A stretch of DNA of 64,000 nucleotides from an uncultured Bacteroidales bacterium. Lineage in GTDB: Bacteria; Bacteroidota; Bacteroidia; Bacteroidales; BM520. Under the pieces are notes generated by a model. That model was not told where the DNA came from, searched no databases, and worked only from the letters and a program-made list of their open reading frames with translations. Location of the stretch: assembly GCA_964474455.1 (NCBI GenBank), contig CAYYSU010000003.1:22999-86998 (forward strand). The letters run 5' to 3'. Shown piece by piece: positions 50,036 through 60,142 of this stretch (position 1 is its first letter; each line of letters opens with the position of its first letter). The position numbers and the translations under genes were made by a program.

Positions 50036-52390
50036 TTATTTCCTGATAATCTTTTCTGTATAAGTATGAATACCACTCTGAACCTTAAGCATATAAATAC
50101 CATTAACAAGTGTCGAAAAATCGAAAGAAAGATCCTTGCTTTGATTCGCTTCAACAGTAGTTTTGTAAACCACCATTCCACGGGCATCCGTAATCACCAC
50201 TTCTGATCCATTAATAAATGCAGGCAATTCTACTTTCAACATATTTGAAACCGGGTTCGGTGCCACTGTTATAATAGGTGGTGCATCATCATCTTCAATT
50301 CCAACACAGTTATCAAGTCCGAGCCGCATTTTATCATTCAGGATAATAACGCAAGGATCAAAAGGATACCCATACAGTCTTAAATATACATACCCTTTTT
50401 CAATATCTTCCGCTCCGGGGTGATAGACTGTTGTAAGGTTAAATGGTTCTTCGAAATAACCATCACCATCGGATTTCCACTCCGTGGATGTTGCCTCCGA
50501 GACTGTTCCTGATACTTCCACCGTTTCGTTATTACAGATGGTGGTGTCATTTCCGGCAAAAAGGTTCGGAAGAAGTTGAATAGAGAGAACCATACTGTCA
50601 GAGACAGATCCGGTATCACCATATCCATTGGCAGTAACAGTAAGAGTAACATGACCGTTTGCAACATCCTCTGAACCTTTACGGTAGTTTGTTACCAACA
50701 ATTCGTTTGTCGGTGCCCAGCGTCCATCACCTGAAGATTCCCAATATGCGCTTTTGTAATACTTCGCTGAAGCGGCTACGGTTTTATAAAATTTGTCAAA
50801 GCAGATGGTAGTATCCGGGCCTGCATCGACTTCGGGAGCTTTGGGTGGGCCAAAAGTAAATGAGAAGATCCTTGTCTTCCAGGTATTATCGATATACTCA
50901 TTAGTATGCCAAAATACGGAATCATTAACCGGGTCAACGGAGGTATTACTATAATCACCCCACCTGCTGATGGTTGTTTGAGATCCGGAGCCTGAAACAG
51001 CTTCCATTTCTGCTATGGTCATCTCTCCCAATGGATCATCTGCCAATCGGCCGGTATATCGAATAGAAGGAGATATAAGTGAGTTTGAAACCGTGTATCC
51101 AAGAGCAATATCGCCATTTGCATTCATTGCGATACTACCCATCCAGCGGTTCAGGCCATCTCCGGGAGCATACGTTCCTTCCTGGTACAGTTCCCATTGG
51201 GAGTCGGTTTTTCGCAATTCGTACCAACGAATACCTGCAACGCCACCCGCTTTTACAGTGTGATTAAGAACAATAGATTCATGTTCTCCCATGTTACGAT
51301 ACTGCATACGATACATTATCATACTCGAGAGAGCATCAAGTTCCTGGCTTGTATTTGGTTGTGGGATACCCCAGACATTTGAATTATAGTATGATACAGG
51401 AATACTGTACACCTTATCAAAGGTAGTATTATCAGGATTCTCCCAATCCACATCAAATTCATAAACATCAAGATCATTGTTACCACCTTTTACAACAAAA
51501 ATTCCGGGTTCGCCTTCAGGGGGAGCGATACCGTCACAATCGGCTGGCTGCATTGAAAACCCCGCCCAGGAGTTGAGCTCAAAATATGCCATCTGAGCAT
51601 CAGGATCACCGACAAGCATTGCATCACGCTCATAAGCATGTGCGCCGATGCCAACAAAACCACCACTAAAATTATTGGTAGTCATATAATAAGCATCATT
51701 CCAAATACCCAGCTTAGGATAATCAACAAACACATCATACTCAAAAGCATATCGGTACCATTCGCCGAGGGGATCCGGCGTAGCTGAAATCGCTACCAAC
51801 TCATAATATTTCCCATTACCGACGTTCACTGCAAACTGGCTGGCAAGCCATCTGTCAGCCATATCGTCGTAAAGAAGAATCGGGTCACCATCGTTGGTGC
51901 CTGTCCATGGGCCAATAAACCCCTGCCACAGGGTACTGTTATCTACCGGACCATATAGTTTATTGCCACTTTTATCATATACTGCGAACGAGAGATTTAT
52001 CATCTGAACATAATGATCAGGACCTACATCACCGTCAGTATCAGGAGGATAAACGCCATTTACATTTCCTATCCCTGGAATATTAACTTCAGGACCTTTG
52101 GTGTTCCTGTTTCCATCAGTCATTTGCAATGATGCATCATATACTGGTGCAAGCATATCGCCTTGATTATTCTCAAAGCTCATTTCTACTGAAGGGTTTT
52201 TAATTATCTGATCTTTCCAGGCACGCGCACGGTAATGTGGCTCTATAACCTTCATCTTTCGCAGCTCCGGAGTTTTATCAAAATGATATGCATTAGAGAT
52301 TATCTTTTTCTTGATAACATCTTCCTGTGCGTTACTAACAATGCCAATACCGAGAAGAAGTATCAGCATATACAAAAATTTAATTTTCAT
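50036..52390 (-). CDS. Secreted T9SS-sorted protein: unknown N-terminal domain plus two ~90-aa PKD-like repeats
   Basis: Signal peptide; PPDTDGDVGPDHYVQMIN, GDPILLYD..ADRW; repeats DAGPDTTIC...W.S.GDG and FAGNDTTIC...W.SDGDG; VAPNPVS...GIYMLKV...EKIIRK. Confidence 0.85.
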   Translation of the reverse strand: MKIKFLYMLILLLGIGIVSNAQEDVIKKKIISNAYHFDKTPELRKMKVIEPHYRARAWKDQIIKNPSVEMSFENNQGDMLAPVYDASLQMTDGNRNTKGPEVNIPGIGNVNGVYPPDTDGDVGPDHYVQMINLSFAVYDKSGNKLYGPVDNSTLWQGFIGPWTGTNDGDPILLYDDMADRWLASQFAVNVGNGKYYELVAISATPDPLGEWYRYAFEYDVFVDYPKLGIWNDAYYMTTNNFSGGFVGIGAHAYERDAMLVGDPDAQMAYFELNSWAGFSMQPADCDGIAPPEGEPGIFVVKGGNNDLDVYEFDVDWENPDNTTFDKVYSIPVSYYNSNVWGIPQPNTSQELDALSSMIMYRMQYRNMGEHESIVLNHTVKAGGVAGIRWYELRKTDSQWELYQEGTYAPGDGLNRWMGSIAMNANGDIALGYTVSNSLISPSIRYTGRLADDPLGEMTIAEMEAVSGSGSQTTISRWGDYSNTSVDPVNDSVFWHTNEYIDNTWKTRIFSFTFGPPKAPEVDAGPDTTICFDKFYKTVAASAKYYKSAYWESSGDGRWAPTNELLVTNYRKGSEDVANGHVTLTVTANGYGDTGSVSDSMVLSIQLLPNLFAGNDTTICNNETVEVSGTVSEATSTEWKSDGDGYFEEPFNLTTVYHPGAEDIEKGYVYLRLYGYPFDPCVIILNDKMRLGLDNCVGIEDDDAPPIITVAPNPVSNMLKVELPAFINGSEVVITDARGMVVYKTTVEANQSKDLSFDFSTLVNGIYMLKVQSGIHTYTEKIIRK

Positions 52391-52447
52391 AGTCTAATAT
52401 AAATATGTGTGTTTTTTTCCTTTTTATAAACCTGTATTAAAAACAGT

Positions 52448-52876
52448 TCACTCATGAAAAGGTTCCAATTCAAAGTGAAATCTTTTTTTAAAGCGAGGGT
52501 TTAATTTATGTAGAAAGAGATAATACGGCACCAGGGAGGCCAAAGCCACCAGAGCAGAAAATCCTTCTCTACCTGTTGCAATAAGTAACACGAAAAGCAC
52601 TATAACAACCATTAAAAACGGAAGTAGATAGCCCCACAAAACGGCTTTTATGCCCAGAGAGACACGCATCGTAACATTTACTTTATCGCCGGTCTTAAGA
52701 TCCAACTGCTGGGTATTCTCAACCTCTATAATCTTCTCCTGCATATCTGCCATTCCGCAAACTCCTTTTGCGTGACATGCTGCACATGCTGACTTAGAAA
52801 GGATCTTTACCGTTGGAGTACCTTGATCTGCGACAGTTACTATTCCTTCATGTTTTATTACATCATCATTTTTCAT
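52448..52876 (-). CDS. rseC: RseC/MucC (SoxR reducing system) family protein
   Basis: IKHEGIV, KSACAACHAKGVC, GDKVNV, two C-terminal TM helices (YLLPFL). Confidence 0.88.
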   Translation of the reverse strand: MKNDDVIKHEGIVTVADQGTPTVKILSKSACAACHAKGVCGMADMQEKIIEVENTQQLDLKTGDKVNVTMRVSLGIKAVLWGYLLPFLMVVIVLFVLLIATGREGFSALVALASLVPYYLFLHKLNPRFKKRFHFELEPFHE

Positions 52877-52926
52877 AAGCCATTACAAAGTAGTAACAAA
52901 AAATGCACAACAGTTTCCTGATATTA

Positions 52927-53628
52927 TCAGGGAGAGGACAAAGTAACAGGAATTATTCTTCCATTCATCACTCCGGGGGCTGATTTAGCAAAATCCAGGA
53001 TAAACTGAGCCATTCTTTCAGCTGATACCTTAGCAATGATTTCGGGGAAAGCTTCTTGCACCATCTCTGTATCCACGGTGCCGGGGCAGATACAATTAAC
53101 GGTGATTCCTAGCGATCCCCACTCCACGGCCATGGATTCAGTAAGTATGGAGGCAGCACCTTTTGAAGCAGAATAAAGCCCAAGCCCAGAAAACTTATCA
53201 CTACCCTGATATCCACTCATGCTGCTAATATTAATTATCTGTGATCCTTTAGGCATGCGAGGTAATAGCATCTTCGACAACAGAAATACAGCACGACTGT
53301 TAACAGTGTACATGGCATCAAAATCATCACTTTCACAATCCAGTAATGGCTTATTGATCAATGCTCCTGCGTTATTTATTAGCAGATCGAATTTATTGGA
53401 AAATTCAAATATCTCATGCGAAAGATAATTATAATCGCCATTAGCAAGATCGAATACAAGAGTATATATTCTGGCATTGGGGTTTTCATTTAAAATCTCT
53501 GCTTTAAGAGCGTCAAGTTTTTCTTCGCTTCTGGCAATTGCCACTACCAGGTTTGAGGTGTTCAATGCAGCAATTTTTGCCACCTGATATCCTATGCCAC
53601 TGCTGGCACCACTGACAACAATATTCAT
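52927..53628 (-). CDS. SDR family oxidoreductase
   Basis: SGASSGIG, LINNAG, NISS, catalytic YSASK, VNCICPG.VDTEM. Confidence 0.92.
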   Translation of the reverse strand: MNIVVSGASSGIGYQVAKIAALNTSNLVVAIARSEEKLDALKAEILNENPNARIYTLVFDLANGDYNYLSHEIFEFSNKFDLLINNAGALINKPLLDCESDDFDAMYTVNSRAVFLLSKMLLPRMPKGSQIINISSMSGYQGSDKFSGLGLYSASKGAASILTESMAVEWGSLGITVNCICPGTVDTEMVQEAFPEIIAKVSAERMAQFILDFAKSAPGVMNGRIIPVTLSSP

Positions 53629-54416
53629 TATTTTTCCTCCTCAGTTTTTGGTACAAGCACCTCTCCTATTATATGAAGAGTAACCTGTGGGTTTGATGGA
53701 TCATTTGTTACAACAGTTATTTTACTATCCTGCTTTCCTTTTTTACGACCGCTATGAAATTCGAAAGATATCTTCGCTGTTTCGCCCGGCGCCAGAGTGT
53801 CTCTGGAAGTGTTGGTATGGGTACATCCACAGCCGGCTTTGACATTTCTGATAATAAGATCTGATTTTCCTGAGTTTGTAACAACAAAAACATCTTCATA
53901 CACAGACATCTGATTCATCTCGCCAAAAATAGATTTTGTCTTATCCATCTCCACAACAGGGGGATTTGCTTTTTCTTCAGGTGTTACTTTAGTAAAATCC
54001 TCTAAAATGTTAGGGCTAACAAGCATACGATAAGGGCGTTCAGCAGCAACATCCGATTCCACAAAGAAATAATTCAGTGTGGGTCCATATTTTCCGAGCT
54101 TTTCGGTATCAAGGGTGACTTTCACGACAGCTTCTGTTTTCGGAGGGATGGTCTGAGGAACAAACTCCAGAGAATATCCGGTCGGAAGATCGTCAAAGGA
54201 TAGTGTTACCGGAAAATCGGCCGAGTTATAAATATATACCTCTTCGGTTTTTACATCTCCCATATAAACAGGCTGGAAGTTTTTGCCGAGAGCATGAAAC
54301 CACACAACACCTCTTTGAATATGGTAGTAACGATCAATAGAGATGTCAGATTTTCGCTGTGCTGTAGCGATTAAACCAAAACACAAAGCCAAAGTAAAAA
54401 GAACTATTTTTTTCAT
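53628..54416 (-). CDS. DUF1573 domain protein (two Ig-like domains)
   Basis: Signal peptide from MKKIVLF (54416); N.GKSDLII.NV.AGCGCT, LAPGET..I...F, TVVTNDP..P...L.I.G. Confidence 0.85.
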   Translation of the reverse strand: MKKIVLFTLALCFGLIATAQRKSDISIDRYYHIQRGVVWFHALGKNFQPVYMGDVKTEEVYIYNSADFPVTLSFDDLPTGYSLEFVPQTIPPKTEAVVKVTLDTEKLGKYGPTLNYFFVESDVAAERPYRMLVSPNILEDFTKVTPEEKANPPVVEMDKTKSIFGEMNQMSVYEDVFVVTNSGKSDLIIRNVKAGCGCTHTNTSRDTLAPGETAKISFEFHSGRKKGKQDSKITVVTNDPSNPQVTLHIIGEVLVPKTEEEK

Positions 54417-54426
54417 GATATATCTC

Positions 54427-55656
54427 CTATAAGTAATCATCAGATTTGTTTTCTATTGTGGTAAATGGAGCCACAGCCCTGTTATAAATGCCGTGGATCC
54501 AGGCAATAGCCATTCCATAATTAGTAACTGGTATTCCTGCCTCCACAGCAGGCTTCAATCGATTTATCAGCTGTCGGCTTGTTAATACGCAACCACCGCA
54601 TTGAATAACCAGGGAGTAATCATGGATATCCCGGGGAAGATCATCGAGGCCTGAAACAACATTAAAGGTGAGATTTTTCCCTGTATAATTACTCAACCAT
54701 CGGGGGATTTTTGTACGACCAATATCATCACAACTAACATGGTGGGTGCATGACTCCAGTATCAGCACGCAATCACCGTCTTTCAAGTCTTCTATTTTGG
54801 GTGTTCCCTTCAGGTAGTTAGTAAAGTCACCCTTTTGCCGGGCCAAAATGATGCTAAAGCTTGTTAAAGGAATATCCTTCGGTATGGAGGCATCGGCTTT
54901 AAGGAATATCTGACTGTCGGTAATCGCCAGTGCCGGACGCGGGCGCAGCTTTTCAATAACCATATCCACCTCACGCTCTTTGCATACAATACATACACAA
55001 TCATTATCGAGTGCATCACGAATAGTTTGAACCTGAGGCAGTATAAGCCGACCCTCCGGTGCCTCAATATCTATGGGCGTAATCAGCAACACCACATCAC
55101 CATATTTTACCACATCACCGATCAGTGAGGAGGATCTGTATGCCGACTCCGGTATTATCTCACGCATAATTTTTACAATGGCGTCCTTGTCAGGATTAAC
55201 CATAGTGCTAAAAGCTGTTGCCGGAACATTATACATTTTGGAAATCGATGTCAAAAACTGCTTTTCAGCAGGGAAAACATCATTTTTATTTGCAATAATA
55301 AAAAAAGGAATTGCCTGCTTTTTAAATTTTGCGACAAGGTCTTTTTCAGTATCATCAAAGTTATTCGCCGTCACAACAAGGATTGCCAAATCTATTGTAT
55401 TCAGCGTCTTCAGTGTTGAAGCAATACGTTTCTTTCCCAGTTCACCGGTATCATCAATGCCTGCTGTATCAACAAGTACACATGGCCCCAGTCCGGCTAT
55501 TTCAATGGATTTTTTCACCGGATCGGTAGTAGTGCCTGCATGATCAGACACGATAGCTATCTCCTGACCTGCTAACACATTAATAAGGCTGCTTTTGCCA
55601 TTATTTCTTCTTCCAAAGATACCAATATGGGGTTTTGATTCTTTTCCTTTTGCCAT
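54427..55656 (-). CDS. hydF: [FeFe]-hydrogenase H-cluster maturation GTPase HydF
   Basis: GRRNNGKSS, GTTTDPV, DTAG, NKND, PEGRLILPQVQ, ESCTHH and QCGGC cluster ligands, PVTNYG. Confidence 0.93.
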   Translation of the reverse strand: MAKGKESKPHIGIFGRRNNGKSSLINVLAGQEIAIVSDHAGTTTDPVKKSIEIAGLGPCVLVDTAGIDDTGELGKKRIASTLKTLNTIDLAILVVTANNFDDTEKDLVAKFKKQAIPFFIIANKNDVFPAEKQFLTSISKMYNVPATAFSTMVNPDKDAIVKIMREIIPESAYRSSSLIGDVVKYGDVVLLITPIDIEAPEGRLILPQVQTIRDALDNDCVCIVCKEREVDMVIEKLRPRPALAITDSQIFLKADASIPKDIPLTSFSIILARQKGDFTNYLKGTPKIEDLKDGDCVLILESCTHHVSCDDIGRTKIPRWLSNYTGKNLTFNVVSGLDDLPRDIHDYSLVIQCGGCVLTSRQLINRLKPAVEAGIPVTNYGMAIAWIHGIYNRAVAPFTTIENKSDDYL

Positions 55657-55664
55657 CTCTGCCT

Positions 55665-57122
55665 CTACCTTTTTTTCATAATATCATTCATAATGAATCC
55701 TGCTTGTAATAGTCGCTCCGGTTTCATCAATTCCCGGAGTCTGATTTGTTCTATTACTCTTACCTCTTTGTTAGCCTCAAAAACGTCAAGCTCCAAGTCA
55801 TTCATTTTTTTTGCCAAAACAGAAGAGCTATGATTTCCTATCATCGGAGTTAACACAGTGGTTACCGATGGTGAATAGAACACCTCTTTTTCGCTCGCTT
55901 CAACATTAACAACCAACCCTGATACCAGTTTCCCGGCTGCCATATTACACGCACCAATGAGAATGTCCAGTGAGTCGAGGATTGAATGACCTATGAGAGG
56001 AAGGTAAGCATTCAATTCCAGGCAACCTTGTGCGGCCATCTCACTGATGATGGTATCATTGGCATATACTTTATGCGCTCCGGAGATAACATATTCCGGG
56101 ATAACCGGATTCACTTTCCCCGCTACAATTGAACTTCCCATTTGTACTTCGGGAATAACAAGTGTTTTTTTGCCTGAGATGCCGGAGGATAATAACCTGA
56201 GATCCGAAACCATCTTCTCCAGGTTTACCGCCAACGCTTTAATTATGGCATGTACTTCCACTAATGAGTCATGATTCGCCGTTGAATCCATCAAATTCTC
56301 ACCACGGGTTACAGGCAATCCGGTAAGTTTCTGAAGCGTTGCCGCCACCTCCATCAGATAATATCGGGGAACTCCTGTGGACGTGCCAATGGTACTACCT
56401 CCAAGGTTCACCACCTTAATTCTTTCATATGCTTTAGACACCCGCCACCAATCACGTGAGAGGGCATCACTATATGTACTGAAAAGCTTTCCCCATGAGC
56501 AGGGAACAGCATCCTGCATCTGAGTATAAGCCAGGCGCAACACATTTCTGTATTCCTGCTCCTTTTTTTCCACCTCATTACGAAGATTGTTCACAGCCTC
56601 TTCGAGTACCTTAAGTTGCTTGAGGATGGTGACATGCAGCGCCGTTGGCATAATATCATTTGCAGATTGGAAGATACCGGCATCCTTAACAGGATCTATC
56701 ATATTGTAATCACCCGGAGCATGGCCCATTCTCTCCAGAGCACTATTTGTGATAATTTCATTAATATTCATGTTTTGACAGGCGCCGGCGCCACCGGTAA
56801 TGGCAGGGACAATAAAATGGTCATACAATCCACCCTCGGAAATGATCACAGCTGAATTCTGCATTTCAGTGAGCACTTCTTTTTTGGGCAGATAAAACGG
56901 AAAATCCGTTGTTTGGTATTTCTCGACTACTGCTTCAATAAAACGCTCTGCTGTTTGATAGGCAGCCAACTTCACAACACCAAGACTTTTATACCATTCT
57001 ATATGAAAACGCTCTCTGGCCGGGAAATTCTCTTTAGCACGCAAAGAATGAATTCCATAAAATGCCTGGAGAGGAATCCCCCGATTCCCGAACGAATCCT
57101 TCTCTACTCTTTTCGTACTCAT
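55665..57122 (-). CDS. Aspartate ammonia-lyase/fumarase superfamily protein, divergent
   Basis: EKDSFG, YGIHS.RA.ENF, NMNINE, TQMQDAVP, signature GSSIVAGKVNP, G.LELN; 8 nt upstream of hydF. Confidence 0.82.
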   Translation of the reverse strand: MSTKRVEKDSFGNRGIPLQAFYGIHSLRAKENFPARERFHIEWYKSLGVVKLAAYQTAERFIEAVVEKYQTTDFPFYLPKKEVLTEMQNSAVIISEGGLYDHFIVPAITGGAGACQNMNINEIITNSALERMGHAPGDYNMIDPVKDAGIFQSANDIMPTALHVTILKQLKVLEEAVNNLRNEVEKKEQEYRNVLRLAYTQMQDAVPCSWGKLFSTYSDALSRDWWRVSKAYERIKVVNLGGSTIGTSTGVPRYYLMEVAATLQKLTGLPVTRGENLMDSTANHDSLVEVHAIIKALAVNLEKMVSDLRLLSSGISGKKTLVIPEVQMGSSIVAGKVNPVIPEYVISGAHKVYANDTIISEMAAQGCLELNAYLPLIGHSILDSLDILIGACNMAAGKLVSGLVVNVEASEKEVFYSPSVTTVLTPMIGNHSSSVLAKKMNDLELDVFEANKEVRVIEQIRLRELMKPERLLQAGFIMNDIMKKR

Positions 57123-57184
57123 AGTTAAATATATTTTCAGTCTAACAAATATACTCTGTGGAAGTTGAAAAGGTTACCACCTTG

Positions 57185-58564
57185 TTATATTGCACGAATC
57201 TTCATCATCACCTCTTCTGCAAGGAGCTCAGATTGCTCCATGGCTTTTGTCTCGGTATATATTCTAATAATAGGTTCCGTATTACTCTTGCGAAGATGAA
57301 TCCATCCGTGAGGAAGGTTAATCTTCACACCATCAACAGTGCTAATATTATATTGCGAATACTCGTTCTTAATATGCTCCAGTATAGCATCCACATCTGT
57401 TGTCTCTTCCAGTTGAATTTTATGTTTCGCTATATGGTATTGCGGATATTTTTTTTTCAGTTCAGACACTGTTTTTTCTGACTCCACAAGCAGTGAGAGG
57501 AACAGTGCCACTCCCACCAGTGCATCACGGCCATAATGGAGTGCCGGAAGTATCACACCGCCATTGCCTTCACCTCCAATTACGGCTCCGGTTTCCTTCA
57601 TTAGTGCAACCACATTAACCTCTCCCACTGCCGAGGCTGCATATTCGCCACCATAGGCATGAGTAATATCTGCCAACGCTTTTGACGACGACATGTTTGA
57701 CACAGTGTTTCCGGGTGTTTTTGATAGGATGTAATCAGCACATGCAACGAGGGTATATTCTTCGCCAAAAAGTTCACCGTTTTCATCCACCAAAGCCAAT
57801 CTATCGACATCCGGATCTACCACAATACCAAGATCTGCACCCTCTTTAGTTACCCTTTCGCATATCTCTGTCAGGTTAGCAGGTATTGGTTCGGGATTAT
57901 GTGCAAACTTACCGTTTGGAATCTCATTTAACGTAATAATATTTTCGACACCAAGAGCGCGTAGTAATTGAGGTATTACAAAACCTCCTGTACTGTTTAT
58001 TCCATCCACGACAATTTTAAAACCTGCTTCCTTAATCTTTTTGGTGTTAATGAAAGGAAGGTCAAGTATTTTATCTATGTGATAGTCAACGCCATCGGAT
58101 GTTTCAATCAGTGTACCTATCTCTTCAACACCGGGATATAATATCTCACGTGCCGCAAGACGAAGCACCTGTTCTCCCTGTTCCGAATTCAGAAACTCTC
58201 CGGTGCTGTTTAACAACTTCAGTGCGTTCCACTGTGCAGGGTTATGACTGGCGGTAAGTATTATCCCGCCATCAGCTTCAAATCTGATAACATTAACCTC
58301 CACTGTGGGTGTAGTTGAATATCCTAGGTTTATCACATCCGCGCCCATGGCCATCAGGGTTCCACACACAATGTCATTAACCAGTTTGCCGGAGATACGT
58401 CCATCGCGGCCCACAACAACAACGGGGTTCTTTTTTCCTGAAAGGTTTTTTATATATTGCGCATAAGCAGAAGAGAATCGCACCAGGTCGGGAGGCGTCA
58501 AAGAATCACCTTCTCGGCCACCGATGGTACCCCTTATGCCGGAAATTGATGTAATAAGCGTCAT
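57185..58564 (-). CDS. glmM: Phosphoglucosamine mutase (alpha-D-phosphohexomutase)
   Basis: SISGIRG, GRDGR, phosphoserine motif TASHNP, metal loop DPDVDR, GGEGNGG, RKSNTEP; start set at MTLIT (58564), with TATATTTG on the minus strand at 58586-58579. Confidence 0.9.
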   Translation of the reverse strand: MTLITSISGIRGTIGGREGDSLTPPDLVRFSSAYAQYIKNLSGKKNPVVVVGRDGRISGKLVNDIVCGTLMAMGADVINLGYSTTPTVEVNVIRFEADGGIILTASHNPAQWNALKLLNSTGEFLNSEQGEQVLRLAAREILYPGVEEIGTLIETSDGVDYHIDKILDLPFINTKKIKEAGFKIVVDGINSTGGFVIPQLLRALGVENIITLNEIPNGKFAHNPEPIPANLTEICERVTKEGADLGIVVDPDVDRLALVDENGELFGEEYTLVACADYILSKTPGNTVSNMSSSKALADITHAYGGEYAASAVGEVNVVALMKETGAVIGGEGNGGVILPALHYGRDALVGVALFLSLLVESEKTVSELKKKYPQYHIAKHKIQLEETTDVDAILEHIKNEYSQYNISTVDGVKINLPHGWIHLRKSNTEPIIRIYTETKAMEQSELLAEEVMMKIRAI

Positions 58565-58689
58565 AAAATATTTTTTTGCAAATATAAGGATTTTAGCCCA
58601 GTGGAGCATCCAATGCCCATATCGATATTTTTAACAATGCATTTAATGCAGAGTTAATAAATATTATGCTGTATATCTAGGCTTTTTTA

Positions 58690-58697
58690 TATTTTTG
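58690..58697 (+). promoter_or_regulatory. -7 element TATTTTTG for the TPR-comA-DUF368-aroE unit
   Basis: Matches TAnnTTTG 20 nt upstream of ATG 58718. Confidence 0.5.
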
Positions 58698-58717
58698 CCT
58701 TTTATTAATATAGATGT

Positions 58718-60142
58718 ATGAGGAACCCTTTAGATAATAACGAAGAAAGAGATGTGCGGGATTTGATCGGACGTTATGAAGAGATGCTTAAGGGCAATAG
58801 CGGGCTCTTTTTTGACGTGGATCAATATGAGGATATCATAAATTATTATCTCAACAGAGACAACCTCTCCAGGGCTGCAAAAGCTGTAACCCTTGCAATA
58901 GGTATTTATCCCAACAACCCTGTGATAATGCTTAAAAAGGCTGTCGTTCTTATGAATAAGAATAATAACAGGGCTGCATTACGCATTCTTAATGATATTA
59001 TGGATATTGATCCCGGCAACAGCGATGCATATATGATTGCGGGAGATATTTATTCGCAGCAGAAAGAATATGAAAAAGCCATAGAATCTTTTAAGAAAGC
59101 TGTTCCCAATGCCGATGATCCGGATGAGATACACTCCAGTATTGCATTTGAATATGAGTCGTTAGGAGATTTTAAAAATGCTCTAAAACACTTGAAAAAA
59201 GCCTTGTCTGTATCTGCAGATAGCGATAATCTTCTATTTGAAATAGCTTTCTGCTTCGAGATACTTGAAGAAATGGACGATGCAATAGTCTTTTTCAACC
59301 AATATCTGGATGACAATGCATACTCTTCTTCTGCATGGTTTAATCTGGCCAATACTCATGCTGCCAAAGGCGATTTTAACGAGGCTATTAATGCCTATGA
59401 CTTTGCGGTGGCCATAGAACCTGATTTTGCTTCCGCATATTACAATAAGGCCAACGCACTTATGAATCAGGAGAAATATGCGGAAGCTATTGCATGTTAT
59501 AAAGAGACTATGAAACACGAGATTCCTGATGTGATGTCCTTATTTTATATTGGTGAGTGCTATCATCATATGGGCGATATTGAGAAGGCTCTTAAGCATT
59601 ATAAAAAAGCGATCTCTCTCGATCCAATGATGGCTGATGCCTGGTTTTCTACAGGTGTCGTATATGATGCAACGGGTGATTATGCTTCGGCACTGGAACA
59701 CATGCTCAAGGCTGTAGAGTTGGAAAAGGAAAACACCGAATACCTTTACTATCTTGCCGATACATATCGCAAGGCAGGCATGTTTAAAGATTCTGCTGAG
59801 GCATTCAGAATGGTGTTAAAAATTGAACCAGAAAATACTGACACATGGCTCGATCTGGCTGATGTTTACCTTATCTCTGAACCCATTGAAATTGTTATTG
59901 AGACATTAAAAAAAGGAATTGACGAAACTATAGATGATAACTACAAACTCTACTCACGGTTATTTGTAATAGAGTATCAAAATGGCTTAATTCGTGATGC
60001 GGCAGAAACCCTGTTAAGTGGTTTAAAAGCTGACAGATGGCATTTTATTGATGAAATTTACAATTTCCCCGAGATTATGGATGATCCTGTAGTTACCGAA
60101 ATTATTAAAGCTTATACAAAAACAGATGACTTACCCTATTAA
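58718..60142 (+). CDS. Tetratricopeptide repeat protein
   Basis: About 9-10 TPR units (AWFNLAN...AI.AY..A..I.P, AYYNKANA, AWFSTG..Y); no signal peptide. Confidence 0.9.
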   Translation: MRNPLDNNEERDVRDLIGRYEEMLKGNSGLFFDVDQYEDIINYYLNRDNLSRAAKAVTLAIGIYPNNPVIMLKKAVVLMNKNNNRAALRILNDIMDIDPGNSDAYMIAGDIYSQQKEYEKAIESFKKAVPNADDPDEIHSSIAFEYESLGDFKNALKHLKKALSVSADSDNLLFEIAFCFEILEEMDDAIVFFNQYLDDNAYSSSAWFNLANTHAAKGDFNEAINAYDFAVAIEPDFASAYYNKANALMNQEKYAEAIACYKETMKHEIPDVMSLFYIGECYHHMGDIEKALKHYKKAISLDPMMADAWFSTGVVYDATGDYASALEHMLKAVELEKENTEYLYYLADTYRKAGMFKDSAEAFRMVLKIEPENTDTWLDLADVYLISEPIEIVIETLKKGIDETIDDNYKLYSRLFVIEYQNGLIRDAAETLLSGLKADRWHFIDEIYNFPEIMDDPVVTEIIKAYTKTDDLPY

